Virus record (IMG/VR): IMGVR_UViG_3300010236_000002
Length of the DNA: 46,669 nt
From: a virus
Strand: one strand, 5' to 3'
Positions 17,253-25,247 of this stretch are shown here, piece by piece. A program made the position numbers and the translations under genes. How positions within the stretch are numbered: position 1 is the first letter of the stretch; each line of letters begins with the position of its first letter. The notes under the pieces were generated by a model, which made no database searches, was not told the origin of the DNA, and saw nothing but the letters and a program-made list of their open reading frames with translations.

Positions 17253-18189
17253 TTTTCACACTACCTCCTTCACTTATCTCGAATGTATGCTTTGCTTCCT
17301 CTTCCTTCGGGTTCCAGTAGCGTTGCACGAAACCTATCGGAAGCTGGTCTACATGCTGAAGCGGGTTACTCCAAGCCATACAGTAGTCATGGAACGCACA
17401 ACCGAAGTATTTAGTGCAGCTTTCCGTGTTCTGCTTAAACGCATGAAGAACGCTATCGTTCTCGGAGCAAGAGTTAAGAGCATCGAAGTCTCTCGCTATG
17501 TCGTCCAGCCAAGAGATTGCGTTATAGTACCAACTCTCCATGCCTGCGATTGTTCGTCTAGCCGGAACTCGCTGGAACTTCACCTCTCGCTTGCTAAAGA
17601 TCGTCCCGTTTATCTCTACTCCCCATACATTCTCAGGGCCAAAGAGACAGCAGAGAACATGATTATAGACACCTGTCTGCATCTTAAGTGCCCACTGATC
17701 CATCCAGGGGCGAGAGAGCTGTGAGCCAGTCTTATGCTCCCGAGACTTAATTCCGTCTGCAGTCTCGAGAATTGAGTCCATCTTAAAGGTTAGCGTATGC
17801 CGTTCGCTTAGAGCGATAGTCCCAGCAATCTCGGTATATAGCGTTTTATGCCTGTCGTGCTTGTACTCAAGAGCGTAGCCCAGAAGAGCCTTCAGTGCCA
17901 TAGCCGGCGTCTTAGGATGGTACTGATCTTCGATAAGCTCAGAGAAGAACTGGCGATAGTAGGAAACAAACTTCTCGTACGCCCCAAGGATAGCTACGTC
18001 ATCGTAGCCGTTGAGGAGTAGGTGCTCCATTGCCAAGTGCCAAGCGGAGCCAAACTCCAGGTGGATATTAGGAGCCTCATTCTGCCAGCCGAGAACATAC
18101 TCGTAGAAGTACTTACGAGGGCAGTCCATATAACACTGGATTTTGGTTGCGTCTTGGATTTTCCAAGTTTCATGTGGGGTTAGGTTCAT
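17230..18189 (-). CDS. PD-(D/E)XK exonuclease, Cas4/RecB-like with Cys cluster (319 aa)
   Basis: N-terminal CYMDCPRKYFY, catalytic-type D...EHK (MDSILE...SREHKTG), and C-terminal CTKYFGCAFHDYC. Confidence 0.75.
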   Translation of the reverse strand: MNLTPHETWKIQDATKIQCYMDCPRKYFYEYVLGWQNEAPNIHLEFGSAWHLAMEHLLLNGYDDVAILGAYEKFVSYYRQFFSELIEDQYHPKTPAMALKALLGYALEYKHDRHKTLYTEIAGTIALSERHTLTFKMDSILETADGIKSREHKTGSQLSRPWMDQWALKMQTGVYNHVLCCLFGPENVWGVEINGTIFSKREVKFQRVPARRTIAGMESWYYNAISWLDDIARDFDALNSCSENDSVLHAFKQNTESCTKYFGCAFHDYCMAWSNPLQHVDQLPIGFVQRYWNPKEEEAKHTFEISEGGSVKSESTGTP

Positions 18190-18349
18190 TTGGTATCTCC
18201 TTTACAATGATTGCTTCTATCTTCACGCTTCCGTTCTCGATGTAGCTTCTACGAATTGCTATCTCGTAGACCCCGCTAGGGATGTGTGCTGTCTTATTCG
18301 GACTCTCGAGAACTATCGTCGCCAGTATATTCTTCTTCCTGCTGCTCAT
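18170..18349 (-). CDS. Small hypothetical ORF (59 aa), below the ORF-track cutoff
   Basis: ATG 18349 follows TAAGGAGGG. The stop overlaps the start region of the exonuclease gene. Confidence 0.45.
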   Translation of the reverse strand: MSSRKKNILATIVLESPNKTAHIPSGVYEIAIRRSYIENGSVKIEAIIVKEIPNEPNPT

Positions 18350-18986
18350 ATTCCCTCCTTATAGCGTTGAATTTTTGAATGCATATATCTACCGCCTGAT
18401 CTGCAGTATTACACGTCTCCATGAGTCCACCGAAGGCTCCGTACACAGGAGTCTCGATATAGGCTTGATACGTAGGCTTAGGTGAGAGGCTAGAGTATAT
18501 TAGCGCTAGCCGATGACAGCGATCCCCTGCTACTTTACCTAGCTGTTTGTAGGCTCTATCCATTTCCTTTTTCATTGTCGCCTCCATTTCTGTCATGTCG
18601 CTTGCTCCGCTATCTTCTCCAATTTCCGTGTCTATCGCTGCTCGTAAAGTAAGGCTGTCATTCTCTTGTAAACACCTAATATAAAGCATCATGGATGGAC
18701 ATTTCTCCAGCCAGTCTAGCCGATCCTTATCCTTGCGGAGGGCGGCGTTCTCTTCCCGCAACTCCTTGGTCTGCACCAGGAAGCTCTCGCCCTGGTCGTG
18801 TTCGATTTCGACAGCCTTCTGGAGCTGCTTGAGTCTGGTCTTCAGCAAAACGATAGCGTCATTTGCCGAACCAAGTTCTTTCCGCAGCCGCTTGACTTCG
18901 GCAACGAGCCACGCAACCATATCCCATTCATGCTCAGTTAATGGAATCTCCTCCAACTCTTCCTCAATCTCTTCCAGATTCATCAT
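18294..18986 (-). CDS. Coiled-coil protein (230 aa)
   Basis: ATG 18986 overlaps the upstream stop (ATGA). Heptad-like AEVKRLRKEL...KELREENAALRKDKDRL shares a module with CDS 21099-21452. Confidence 0.6.
   Translation of the reverse strand: MMNLEEIEEELEEIPLTEHEWDMVAWLVAEVKRLRKELGSANDAIVLLKTRLKQLQKAVEIEHDQGESFLVQTKELREENAALRKDKDRLDWLEKCPSMMLYIRCLQENDSLTLRAAIDTEIGEDSGASDMTEMEATMKKEMDRAYKQLGKVAGDRCHRLALIYSSLSPKPTYQAYIETPVYGAFGGLMETCNTADQAVDICIQKFNAIRREYEQQEEEYTGDDSSRESE
18365..18381. repeat. Degenerate palindromic element copy (cgttgaatttttgaatg)
   Basis: Has the same position logic as the strong copies: it lies just upstream of SD TAAGGAGGG / ATG 18349. Several core positions are diverged. Confidence 0.5.
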
Positions 18987-19357
18987 TCCCCCTCCTTCAG
19001 AAAATCAGCTACCAACTGACAAAATCGTTCAGGGTTTATGAGCCATTTGATAATATCGAACCACGGATTCACTGTAATATCTTTATGAAAATCATCTCCA
19101 TCTTGGTCCAAGCAATACTCTATAAAGCCTTCCCATCGACCCAACTCCACCAGCCGATCCTTGCAGGCCATCATATCGTCAGGCGTTGTGAAGGTGTGGC
19201 CTTGCTGTTTCAGAAACGGCTCTCCGCAATTAGCGCAAATAGCCCAAATCGCTCTGTCGCGTTGGTCTCTGATTTGTTGTGCGGTAGCATTGGCATCTTC
19301 TTCATGCCAGCACTCGCCTAACCATTCTGTGAGTCGCTTTCTGTCATTGTCGTTCAT
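18983..19357 (-). CDS. Hypothetical protein (124 aa)
   Basis: ATG 19357 follows GGTAGGAGG, with an ATGA overlap to the upstream ORF. The N-terminus MNDNDRK is shared with neighbouring ORFs. Confidence 0.6.
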   Translation of the reverse strand: MNDNDRKRLTEWLGECWHEEDANATAQQIRDQRDRAIWAICANCGEPFLKQQGHTFTTPDDMMACKDRLVELGRWEGFIEYCLDQDGDDFHKDITVNPWFDIIKWLINPERFCQLVADFLKEGE

Positions 19358-19575
19358 GGCGTTCCTCCTACCTGTTCTTCTTCGATAAACAAAACCTTAT
19401 CCATATCGATCAATATCTCTTTGTTGGGAGTGCGAATGATGAAATGCCTGCTTTTGCTAAACTTGCTGAAATCTATCCTGTTAGGCATGTGTAATTCCAG
19501 CCACTTCCCACCTTCAAAAAGGACTGATAGTTTATAGTTCATCATTCCCCCTCCTTTGCGGTCTTCGTCGTTCAT
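19354..19575 (-). CDS. Hypothetical protein (73 aa; an alternative internal start at MNYKL is possible)
   Basis: Open frame with N-terminus MNDEDRK. An internal AAAGGAGG precedes the ATGATG at codons 11-12. Confidence 0.5.
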   Translation of the reverse strand: MNDEDRKGGGMMNYKLSVLFEGGKWLELHMPNRIDFSKFSKSRHFIIRTPNKEILIDMDKVLFIEEEQVGGTP

Positions 19576-19651
19576 GGCTTTCCTTTCTATTGATGTCGCT
19601 GGCCGGATGCTTCCCCGGCTTGAGGTTTACGGTGCTGTTATCCTCTTCGCA

Positions 19652-19789
19652 CGATTACCCACACGAACCCAGTAGCGGACAATCTGCTCTTCCCCGTATG
19701 ACGGCTTCCAGAGTTAAGGGTTGCGCCTCTGCCGGAAGAAATTCGGCATCGACTATCTTTTCGTCATTCAATACAGCTTCAAAATTCAT
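19652..19789 (-). CDS. Small hypothetical ORF (45 aa)
   Basis: ATG 19789 follows GGAAGGAGA, with an ATGA overlap to the stop of CDS 19786-20091. Confidence 0.4.
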
Positions 19790-20091
19790 GATCTTTCTCC
19801 TTCCTCGCCATCCAATTTCTTTTTTTCGGTTGAGTTTGCCCTATGAACTGCAGGAAGCGCCATTTCAAGAAGTTCGGCGGATGCTCTCAGCAACGCAGCG
19901 GCCTTTTCAAGGTGTGCCTCATTATTTTTCAAATTCACAAGCCGATCATACATTTCAGAGACTTTTATTGAATCTCCAACATTTAACTTCTTTCCGGACG
20001 CATACTGTGATGAATGGCCAATAAGGTTATATGCATCTCGTTCATCCACCTGCATGATAAATCCCCTTCCATTTTTACCGAGTATTTGCAT
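19786..20091 (-). CDS. Hypothetical protein (101 aa)
   Basis: ATG 20091 follows AAGGGAGAG. Confidence 0.55.
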   Translation of the reverse strand: MQILGKNGRGFIMQVDERDAYNLIGHSSQYASGKKLNVGDSIKVSEMYDRLVNLKNNEAHLEKAAALLRASAELLEMALPAVHRANSTEKKKLDGEEGERS

Positions 20092-20150
20092 TTTCTCTCC
20101 CTTTCTATTTCTTCATATAATTGTAGACATTCAAAGCACTAAGGAAGGCG

Positions 20151-20381
20151 TTAAAGTCGGTTGCGCATCCTCCTGTGGATCGTCCGACTGGGTATGAGGG
20201 GCTCCTTGCCTTGCGTGTTCCCACCACGCCGCAGCGACAAGTTATATTGGTGGCCGTGGCAGGATTCGATACCTGCATGGTTGACCTTCTCCGACTTCCA
20301 CGGATTGATTACCGTGTCTGTGTACTCAACCTTCCAACCTGAGCGTCTATCTTCCGCCACACGGCCATGTTTGGTTGACAT
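20151..20381 (-). CDS. Doubtful ORF (76 aa) that coincides with a tRNA-like structured segment
   Basis: The frame is open but there is no convincing SD. The same DNA folds into an acceptor-like stem plus a T-arm-like hairpin (see findings). Confidence 0.25.
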   Translation of the reverse strand: MSTKHGRVAEDRRSGWKVEYTDTVINPWKSEKVNHAGIESCHGHQYNLSLRRGGNTQGKEPLIPSRTIHRRMRNRL

Positions 20382-20493
20382 TTTCGCGCCTATTCCGCTT
20401 CGGGAGGGGGCAAGTCGGCGGCCTAAGATCGGGAAAGGTCTCCCTTATAAACCGCCGTAGAATCCCCTTTGACTACCCGTTCCGCTGTTGCTA

Positions 20494-20679
20494 TTATTTT
20501 TTCTTCTCCACAGCATCAGCAGCTTTTCTGAGACATTCAGCAATGCCTTGTTTTCTAACGTGTGAGAACTCCGCGACAACCTGCCTGTTGACCCGCAACA
20601 TATAGTTGCACTCTCCCTGATAGGATGCTGGTGCGTCAGAGCAACTTCCAGCGATTCCAGTATTAATTATGGTTATCAT
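20494..20679 (-). CDS. Hypothetical protein (61 aa)
   Basis: ATG 20679 follows GGCAGGAGGTAGG. Confidence 0.6.
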   Translation of the reverse strand: MITIINTGIAGSCSDAPASYQGECNYMLRVNRQVVAEFSHVRKQGIAECLRKAADAVEKKK

Positions 20680-20710
20680 TTCCTACCTCCTGCCTGCCTC
20701 ATGAAGGCAT

Positions 20711-20869
20711 TTATCGTGAGTTTCTGCAAAGGCCATCCGTTTTCATCGACTTGCGGCCATTCCTTCCCCGAATTATGAGACAGCCCCCGGTGAAGCGGGA
20801 CACCTCTTGCCGTGCAACCCAGGCCGACGGCCACTTGTTTGCCATTTCCTGAAAAATGTTTGTTTGCAT
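20711..20869 (-). CDS. Small hypothetical ORF (52 aa)
   Basis: ATG 20869 lies 7 nt after TAAGGAGG. Confidence 0.45.
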   Translation of the reverse strand: MQTNIFQEMANKWPSAWVARQEVSRFTGGCLIIRGRNGRKSMKTDGLCRNSR

Positions 20870-20881
20870 GTGTTTGCCTCC

Positions 20882-21040
20882 TTACTTTGTTATCCCGCAG
20901 GATGTATTGTGTTCACTGCACTTTTGTAAGAACAAGTCAGGGTCTTTATCTTTCAGCTTCAACAGTTCAATGGCCAGTTCGCTGCCCTCAATTGCACAGC
21001 TTGATAGGGCAAACAAAAGGGCGGGAATGTCGTCATTCAT
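20882..21040 (-). CDS. Small hypothetical ORF (52 aa), N-terminus MNDD
   Basis: ATG 21040 follows GGAGACGGAGAA. Confidence 0.45.
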   Translation of the reverse strand: MNDDIPALLFALSSCAIEGSELAIELLKLKDKDPDLFLQKCSEHNTSCGITK

Positions 21041-21098
21041 TTCTCCGTCTCCATTTCTGTGTCGCGCCAGATTGAAAAAATATCGGCAAGGCGCTTCT

Positions 21099-21452
21099 CT
21101 AACGAATGAATTCTATTTCCCATTCGCTATCCATTTCTTCGTCGATGGTTCTGTTGTGTTCCACTATTGGGCAATGATCACAAGGCCACGGATATCCGTA
21201 GTCACACTCACAATCACTTTCCGTTTGAGTGTAGGAACACCCAACTTCAATTACATAACGTCTGAACTGGTTGTTCTCAAATTCTATCCGCTCCTTGTCC
21301 TTGCGGAGGGCAGTGTTTTCTTCCCTTAGCCGCTTGACTTCTGCGATGAGCTTTTCCTCGTCAGCATCCCGCTGTAAATCATAACAGCCAAAAAACACCT
21401 GGTCAGTTTCTCTGCGCTTCTTGCGATTCTCAATATCATCCAGCCAGTCCAT
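21099..21452 (-). CDS. Coiled-coil/Cys-rich hypothetical protein (117 aa)
   Basis: ATG 21452 follows TAGGAG, which is fused to palindrome copy 7. The AEVKRLREENTALRKDKERI module is related to CDS 18294-18986. Confidence 0.6.
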   Translation of the reverse strand: MDWLDDIENRKKRRETDQVFFGCYDLQRDADEEKLIAEVKRLREENTALRKDKERIEFENNQFRRYVIEVGCSYTQTESDCECDYGYPWPCDHCPIVEHNRTIDEEMDSEWEIEFIR

Positions 21453-21463
21453 TTGCTAAACTC

Positions 21464-21486
21464 CTATGTTCAAATTTTAAACAAAG
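21464..21486. repeat. Palindromic element copy 7 (ctatgttcaaattttaaacaaag)
   Basis: Overlaps the ligase stop codon (21477) and abuts the SD of ATG 21452. Confidence 0.9.
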
Positions 21487-22334
21487 TTTGCATCAAGGAT
21501 CTCTACCACAACTGGGAAACGTGGGACGCCTCGCGCGCTAGTCATATGCTGATAGCGAACACGTGCCATCTTTCCGATCAATCCCTCACGCTGTTGCCAA
21601 AGATTCTCTCTGGCAACACGTGTAAGTAGCGACCCGCTCCCGACCCTAAAGTGCGTACCGTCGTTTCCCATACACACAAGGGCACCAAGCGAGTTCTTAG
21701 GGACACCGTCAATGGAGATTTCTTCTTGCGTGGCAACAATCTCATATAGGTCCTCCTTTCTTGGCTTGAACTTCATTAAGCTTGTAGATCGCTTCCGCAC
21801 ATAAGGTGCAGATGCTTCCCTTAAGACAAAACCTTCATAACCAAGGCGAGCATATTCATCCTGTGCTGCCATGATTTCTTCAAGGTTGTTTACTATGCGC
21901 GAGGGCACGAGTTGAATCGGAGAGAAGTTTCTCTTCTGATTCGGGAAGAGATCTATAAGCAGCCGAGTCCTTTCGACTTGTGGGTGAGAGGTCACAATGT
22001 CGAAGACGTGGAACTCGACTAGCTTATAGTCTGGGTGGATGTTTTCTGTTCGAGATACGATAGAATGTATCTCACTATGTGGTGCTCCGTGGATGTAGAG
22101 TTCTCCATCGAGTTCTATATCATGTAGGCCAAGTGCGCGAAGAGCATCATTTATATGAGGTACACTCTTGTACTCGTTCATTTCACTACTAAGCAGTATA
22201 GCAGAGTCGTTACCTAAGATTGCTCTCGCTCGATCTCCGTCGAGTTTAGGTTGCTGAATATAAGGAGGTCTCCACTTAGCCAGTCTACGCTCCTCAAACG
22301 GCATACATAGCATGATACCAGCTCTCTTGCTCAT
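21477..22334 (-). CDS. ATP-dependent DNA ligase (285 aa)
   Basis: Motif I PKLDGDR, motif III ELDGELY, motif IV EGFVLR, motif V LMKFKP. ATG 22334 lies 5 nt after GGAGG, with an ATGA overlap to the HNH stop. The TTG 22346 in the ORF track is less likely. Confidence 0.9.
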   Translation of the reverse strand: MSKRAGIMLCMPFEERRLAKWRPPYIQQPKLDGDRARAILGNDSAILLSSEMNEYKSVPHINDALRALGLHDIELDGELYIHGAPHSEIHSIVSRTENIHPDYKLVEFHVFDIVTSHPQVERTRLLIDLFPNQKRNFSPIQLVPSRIVNNLEEIMAAQDEYARLGYEGFVLREASAPYVRKRSTSLMKFKPRKEDLYEIVATQEEISIDGVPKNSLGALVCMGNDGTHFRVGSGSLLTRVARENLWQQREGLIGKMARVRYQHMTSARGVPRFPVVVEILDANFV

Positions 22335-22807
22335 ATATGCCTCCAAAGGTGTGACTTCTTACTTACAGCGTTGAATATGGTTGACCTAGATACATTAAAC
22401 ATAGCTGCTAACTTAGTACATGACATTTTCCTACTGGTTGCGTATAGTGCTCTTATCTCAACTACTTGCTCTTCAGTTAACTTTGCTGTTCCATTAGCTG
22501 ACCCTTTCGCTTGCCTACCTTTTAAAGCCTTGTCAAACTGATTGCCTTGGTGTGTAGTAGAGAACAAGTGATCTGGATTAACACACGCAGGATTATCACA
22601 AGTATGTGCTATGTCTCCATCTGGGAGAATGCCATAGTGCAAAAAGTAAGCAACTCTATGTGCGCCCTCATAGCGACCATTTATCCAGATTCTCTTGTGG
22701 CCATACGAGTTATGATCTGCACAATCGAATATCCAGCAGCTACTTTCTGCTAGTTTAATTACTTTGCTATTAAACCTCTTTATATCTTTCTCGCTAAGGT
22801 CTAACAT
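22331..22807 (-). CDS. Free-standing HNH endonuclease with C-terminal HTH-like tail (158 aa)
   Basis: CWIFDCADHNSYGHKRIWINGRYEGAHRVAYFLHYG...HTCDNPACVNPDHL is the classic phage HNH pattern. Low GC. ATG 22807 follows GGAGG. Confidence 0.8.
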   Translation of the reverse strand: MLDLSEKDIKRFNSKVIKLAESSCWIFDCADHNSYGHKRIWINGRYEGAHRVAYFLHYGILPDGDIAHTCDNPACVNPDHLFSTTHQGNQFDKALKGRQAKGSANGTAKLTEEQVVEIRALYATSRKMSCTKLAAMFNVSRSTIFNAVSKKSHLWRHI

Positions 22808-22991
22808 CTTGTAACGCCTCCACTACTTCTTCTTGCTTAACGAGTACGTTTATCTCTCTCGGAAGGCCTGCATCTCGCTTTATATAGAACCCTCCACTTA
22901 CGGTAGATCGCTTTGTGCCGAAGGTATAGCGAGCAAGCTCGCCTGTACAGTGCCTATCGAGCGTTGCTACTAGCGTGAGTTTCTCTGGCAT
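22794..22991 (-). CDS. Hypothetical protein (65 aa)
   Basis: ATG 22991 shares one nt with the upstream stop (TGATG). Confidence 0.5.
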   Translation of the reverse strand: MPEKLTLVATLDRHCTGELARYTFGTKRSTVSGGFYIKRDAGLPREINVLVKQEEVVEALQDVRP

Positions 22992-23296
22992 CAGCGCGTT
23001 CCTCCTTCGATTGAGAGCAGCTCTTCTGCAGTAGGCCTCATCTTATCGAACGCAAGCTGCGCTTCATGCGCTATCTTCACAAGGTCTCGAAGGGTTTCGA
23101 TCCTACCACGAGCATTAGAGCTATGCCTTGCAGCACGCTTGCCTATAGCTCGAACGCACTCTTCATGCGTCCAACCTTCGATTTGGTCATCAGGTGCATC
23201 CCCATACTGTGGGATGGTATAGTTCGCTATATGCTTTGCTACGATGGTTGAGAATCTCCACCAATCCCACTCTCGAATGCTTTTTTCTTCACTCAT
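22991..23296 (-). CDS. Hypothetical protein (101 aa)
   Basis: ATG 23296 follows GAGAGGAGCTAAGG. It is the first gene after the structured 245-nt gap. Confidence 0.6.
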   Translation of the reverse strand: MSEEKSIREWDWWRFSTIVAKHIANYTIPQYGDAPDDQIEGWTHEECVRAIGKRAARHSSNARGRIETLRDLVKIAHEAQLAFDKMRPTAEELLSIEGGTR

Positions 23297-23378
23297 GTCC
23301 TTAGCTCCTCTCGCTTCTCGCTATAGTCTCTAAGACGTTCCAATCGAGGAAAGTCCCACAAATTATGGCGAGACTAAA

Positions 23379-23414
23379 GCGGGAAGTAGTGTTGTCGTTC
23401 CACTATCTTCCCGC
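23379..23414 (-). terminator. Strong hairpin (13 bp, 1 bulge); candidate terminator in the non-coding gap 23297-23543
   Basis: GCGGGAAGTAGTG pairs with CACTATCTTCCCGC. In minus-strand sense it is followed by TTTAGTCT. Two further hairpins lie upstream at 23461-23482 and 23499-23525. Confidence 0.4.
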
Positions 23415-23543
23415 CATAGCCCGATCAATATCCGAGTGATATATTTACGCTACTACCAACGCTCCCTCACTCTACAGGGAGCACCTTAAAAGGGGGATGC
23501 GCTAGTTATTTAATGTCGCTAGCGCCTAACGACAGTGAGTTTG

Positions 23544-23900
23544 TTATCCCTGAGCCGCAGCTTCGAGTTTCGCCTTGAGGTCAGCGAAGGCCTGCGCCTG
23601 CTCTTCCGGAGACATCTTGGCGAACTTGCTAGCCAAGGCAGCAACAGGATCGACCACTCGTTCGAGGGTAACGCCAGGTTTGTATCCATCGAACTTGGCC
23701 TGGATTTCTTCCTGCGAAAGCCCGCTCTCGAGATACCGACGAATACCACCCTGCACCGTGATCTTCACGTTGGCCTGATAGTTGCTGAAGACAACTTCTT
23801 CTCCAAAACGAGCTGTTGCATCTTCCAGATTGTCTCCTAAGTCAACCATGATAGTCGCTTCTTTTCCAACCTTAGGTGCTTTTGCACTAACTTCGATCAT
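23544..23900 (-). CDS. Early protein (118 aa), apparent paralogue of CDS 26999-27361
   Basis: ATG 23900 follows AGAGGAGAAAG. It has its own TTGACT-17-TATGTT promoter upstream and hairpins downstream. Confidence 0.65.
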   Translation of the reverse strand: MIEVSAKAPKVGKEATIMVDLGDNLEDATARFGEEVVFSNYQANVKITVQGGIRRYLESGLSQEEIQAKFDGYKPGVTLERVVDPVAALASKFAKMSPEEQAQAFADLKAKLEAAAQG

Positions 23901-23969
23901 TTCTTTCTCCTCTTCTTTTCTAAGTTATTCACTCCCGAAACTGGAAGCGTGTTCGTTAAAACCAAATGC

Positions 23970-23998
23970 AACATATCATGGAAAGCGATAGAAGTCAA
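23970..23998 (-). promoter_or_regulatory. sigma70-type promoter TTGACT-17 nt-TATGTT (leftward)
   Basis: Minus strand: -35 at 23998-23993 and -10 at 23975-23970. GCTTGACTTCTAT and TGATATGTTG are shared with the promoter at 26359-26387. Confidence 0.65.
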
Positions 23999-24043
23999 GC
24001 ACTACATAAAATTTATTTGGCCTCTATCGCTTTCCCTCTACTA

Positions 24044-24229
24044 TTATTCCGCTGTAGTGTCGTCGCTTTCAACCACATAGAACCGTGGTGCGAAGCCTGT
24101 TTTCTGGTAGATTGTAGTTGCAATCTCCCCGTTTAACCACATCTCTAAGTCGAGAAGCTTTTTAGGCATATCTTCGCTATCGTCATCCTTGGGATAGCGC
24201 ACATAGAACGTACCATTATATCTTATCAT
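24044..24229 (-). CDS. Hypothetical protein (61 aa)
   Basis: ATG 24229 is downstream of AAAGGAGGTGA. Confidence 0.55.
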   Translation of the reverse strand: MIRYNGTFYVRYPKDDDSEDMPKKLLDLEMWLNGEIATTIYQKTGFAPRFYVVESDDTTAE

Positions 24230-24232
24230 GGC

Positions 24233-24724
24233 TTATAGTTTCACCTCCTTTCTATCGGCTTCGTCCACTGTGTTCAATTTTTGAACATAGTTTGCAAGCC
24301 CATGAACTTGCGCAAACGGATAACTTGCGAGAAGACTTAGATACTTGTCTTCTAACTCTTCTCGACTTAGACTATGAATATGGTCTGGACAGCGGTTGCA
24401 GAAGCCTACGTAGTGATGGACGACTGCAGGGCTCTTGGCAGATATCGTGGTAACGTGACCGTCTATGCCCATGTTAGCAAGTGTCTCACCCTTCTGCAAA
24501 CGCACTGTGGTAGTCCACGTAGCATCGCAATGTGTGCAGTGATGGATACGAGTTACCTCAGTGTAGACGGTAACCGGAGGTTGACGCTTTGCAAAAGCCT
24601 TCTTGCTCTCGACCTTCTCAGCATCGGTAAGTTGCTTAACCATCTCCTTGAAGAGAGGATTACTCTCTGGGCTATCGCCGAAGAGAGTTCGCAGTTGTTC
24701 TGTGAGATCGTCTATATCTGCCAT
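24233..24724 (-). CDS. Cys/His-rich (zinc-finger-like) hypothetical protein (163 aa)
   Basis: HHCTHCD...FCNRCPDH. ATG 24724 follows GGGAGG. The 3' end reads through palindrome copy 8 (YVQKLNTV). Confidence 0.6.
   Translation of the reverse strand: MADIDDLTEQLRTLFGDSPESNPLFKEMVKQLTDAEKVESKKAFAKRQPPVTVYTEVTRIHHCTHCDATWTTTVRLQKGETLANMGIDGHVTTISAKSPAVVHHYVGFCNRCPDHIHSLSREELEDKYLSLLASYPFAQVHGLANYVQKLNTVDEADRKEVKL
24268..24290. repeat. Palindromic element copy 8 (ctgtgttcaatttttgaacatag)
   Basis: Lies inside the 3' end of CDS 24233-24724, 39 nt upstream of ATG 24229. Confidence 0.9.
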
Positions 24725-24727
24725 GGT

Positions 24728-24904
24728 CTACGACCTCCCTTCTTTGTAGGCGAGCCCACGACCAGAGAGCCACTTGCTCGCCTGCCTACGGGTAGGCGGG
24801 ATGCCAACCTTATTGCAGGCCGCCACGAAGAGTGGGTTGTTACTACGGAAGAACCCCACTACATGATTATCTTGCTGCTTTGCTACTTTAGTTGCCGCTT
24901 TCAT
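24728..24904 (-). CDS. Small hypothetical ORF (58 aa)
   Basis: ATG 24904 follows GAAAGGAG. Sequence: MKAATKVAKQQDNHVVGFFRSNNPLFVAACNKVGIPPTRRQASKWLSGRGLAYKEGRS. Confidence 0.5.
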   Translation of the reverse strand: MKAATKVAKQQDNHVVGFFRSNNPLFVAACNKVGIPPTRRQASKWLSGRGLAYKEGRS

Positions 24905-25109
24905 TGCCTTACTCCTTTCAGCTTTCGCCAGGGTTATCAGACTAGTTGGTTACTTAGTTATACCTTTTCCTCTGTATAGCCATGAGCTCTTCGCAAAGCT
25001 TATGCAACTCTGCATCACGTTTTACTGACATTTTTCACCTCCCCTTATAAAACCCACTGTAATATCGCCCACACAAGAAGCAAGAAGATGATGCTTGGTA
25101 GTAGCTCCT

Positions 25110-25247
25110 TCATACGCAGATGCTCTCCAGTTCCTCGTCGTAGGTGTATGCAGCCTCGCACTGCTCAGGGGTTACGTCTTCTATGGAAGAGCAGTACACC
25201 AGGCATGTGCCTTCATAGAAGAACTCACACTCGCTACAGATGCTCAT
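25110..25247 (-). CDS. Small Cys-rich ORF (45 aa)
   Basis: ATG 25247 follows GGGAGG, with an ATGA overlap to the stop of CDS 25244-25486. Contains CSEC...C...C...C...C. Confidence 0.45.
   Translation of the reverse strand: MSICSECEFFYEGTCLVYCSSIEDVTPEQCEAAYTYDEELESICV

Noticed and set aside
20711-20869. Possible frameshift in the 52-aa ORF (the +2 frame after FTGG reads LSHNSGKEWPQVDENGWPLQKLTINAFMRQAGGRK)
   Set aside because: It rests only on the impression that the alternative frame looks more protein-like. There is no slippery sequence and no homologue available to test it.
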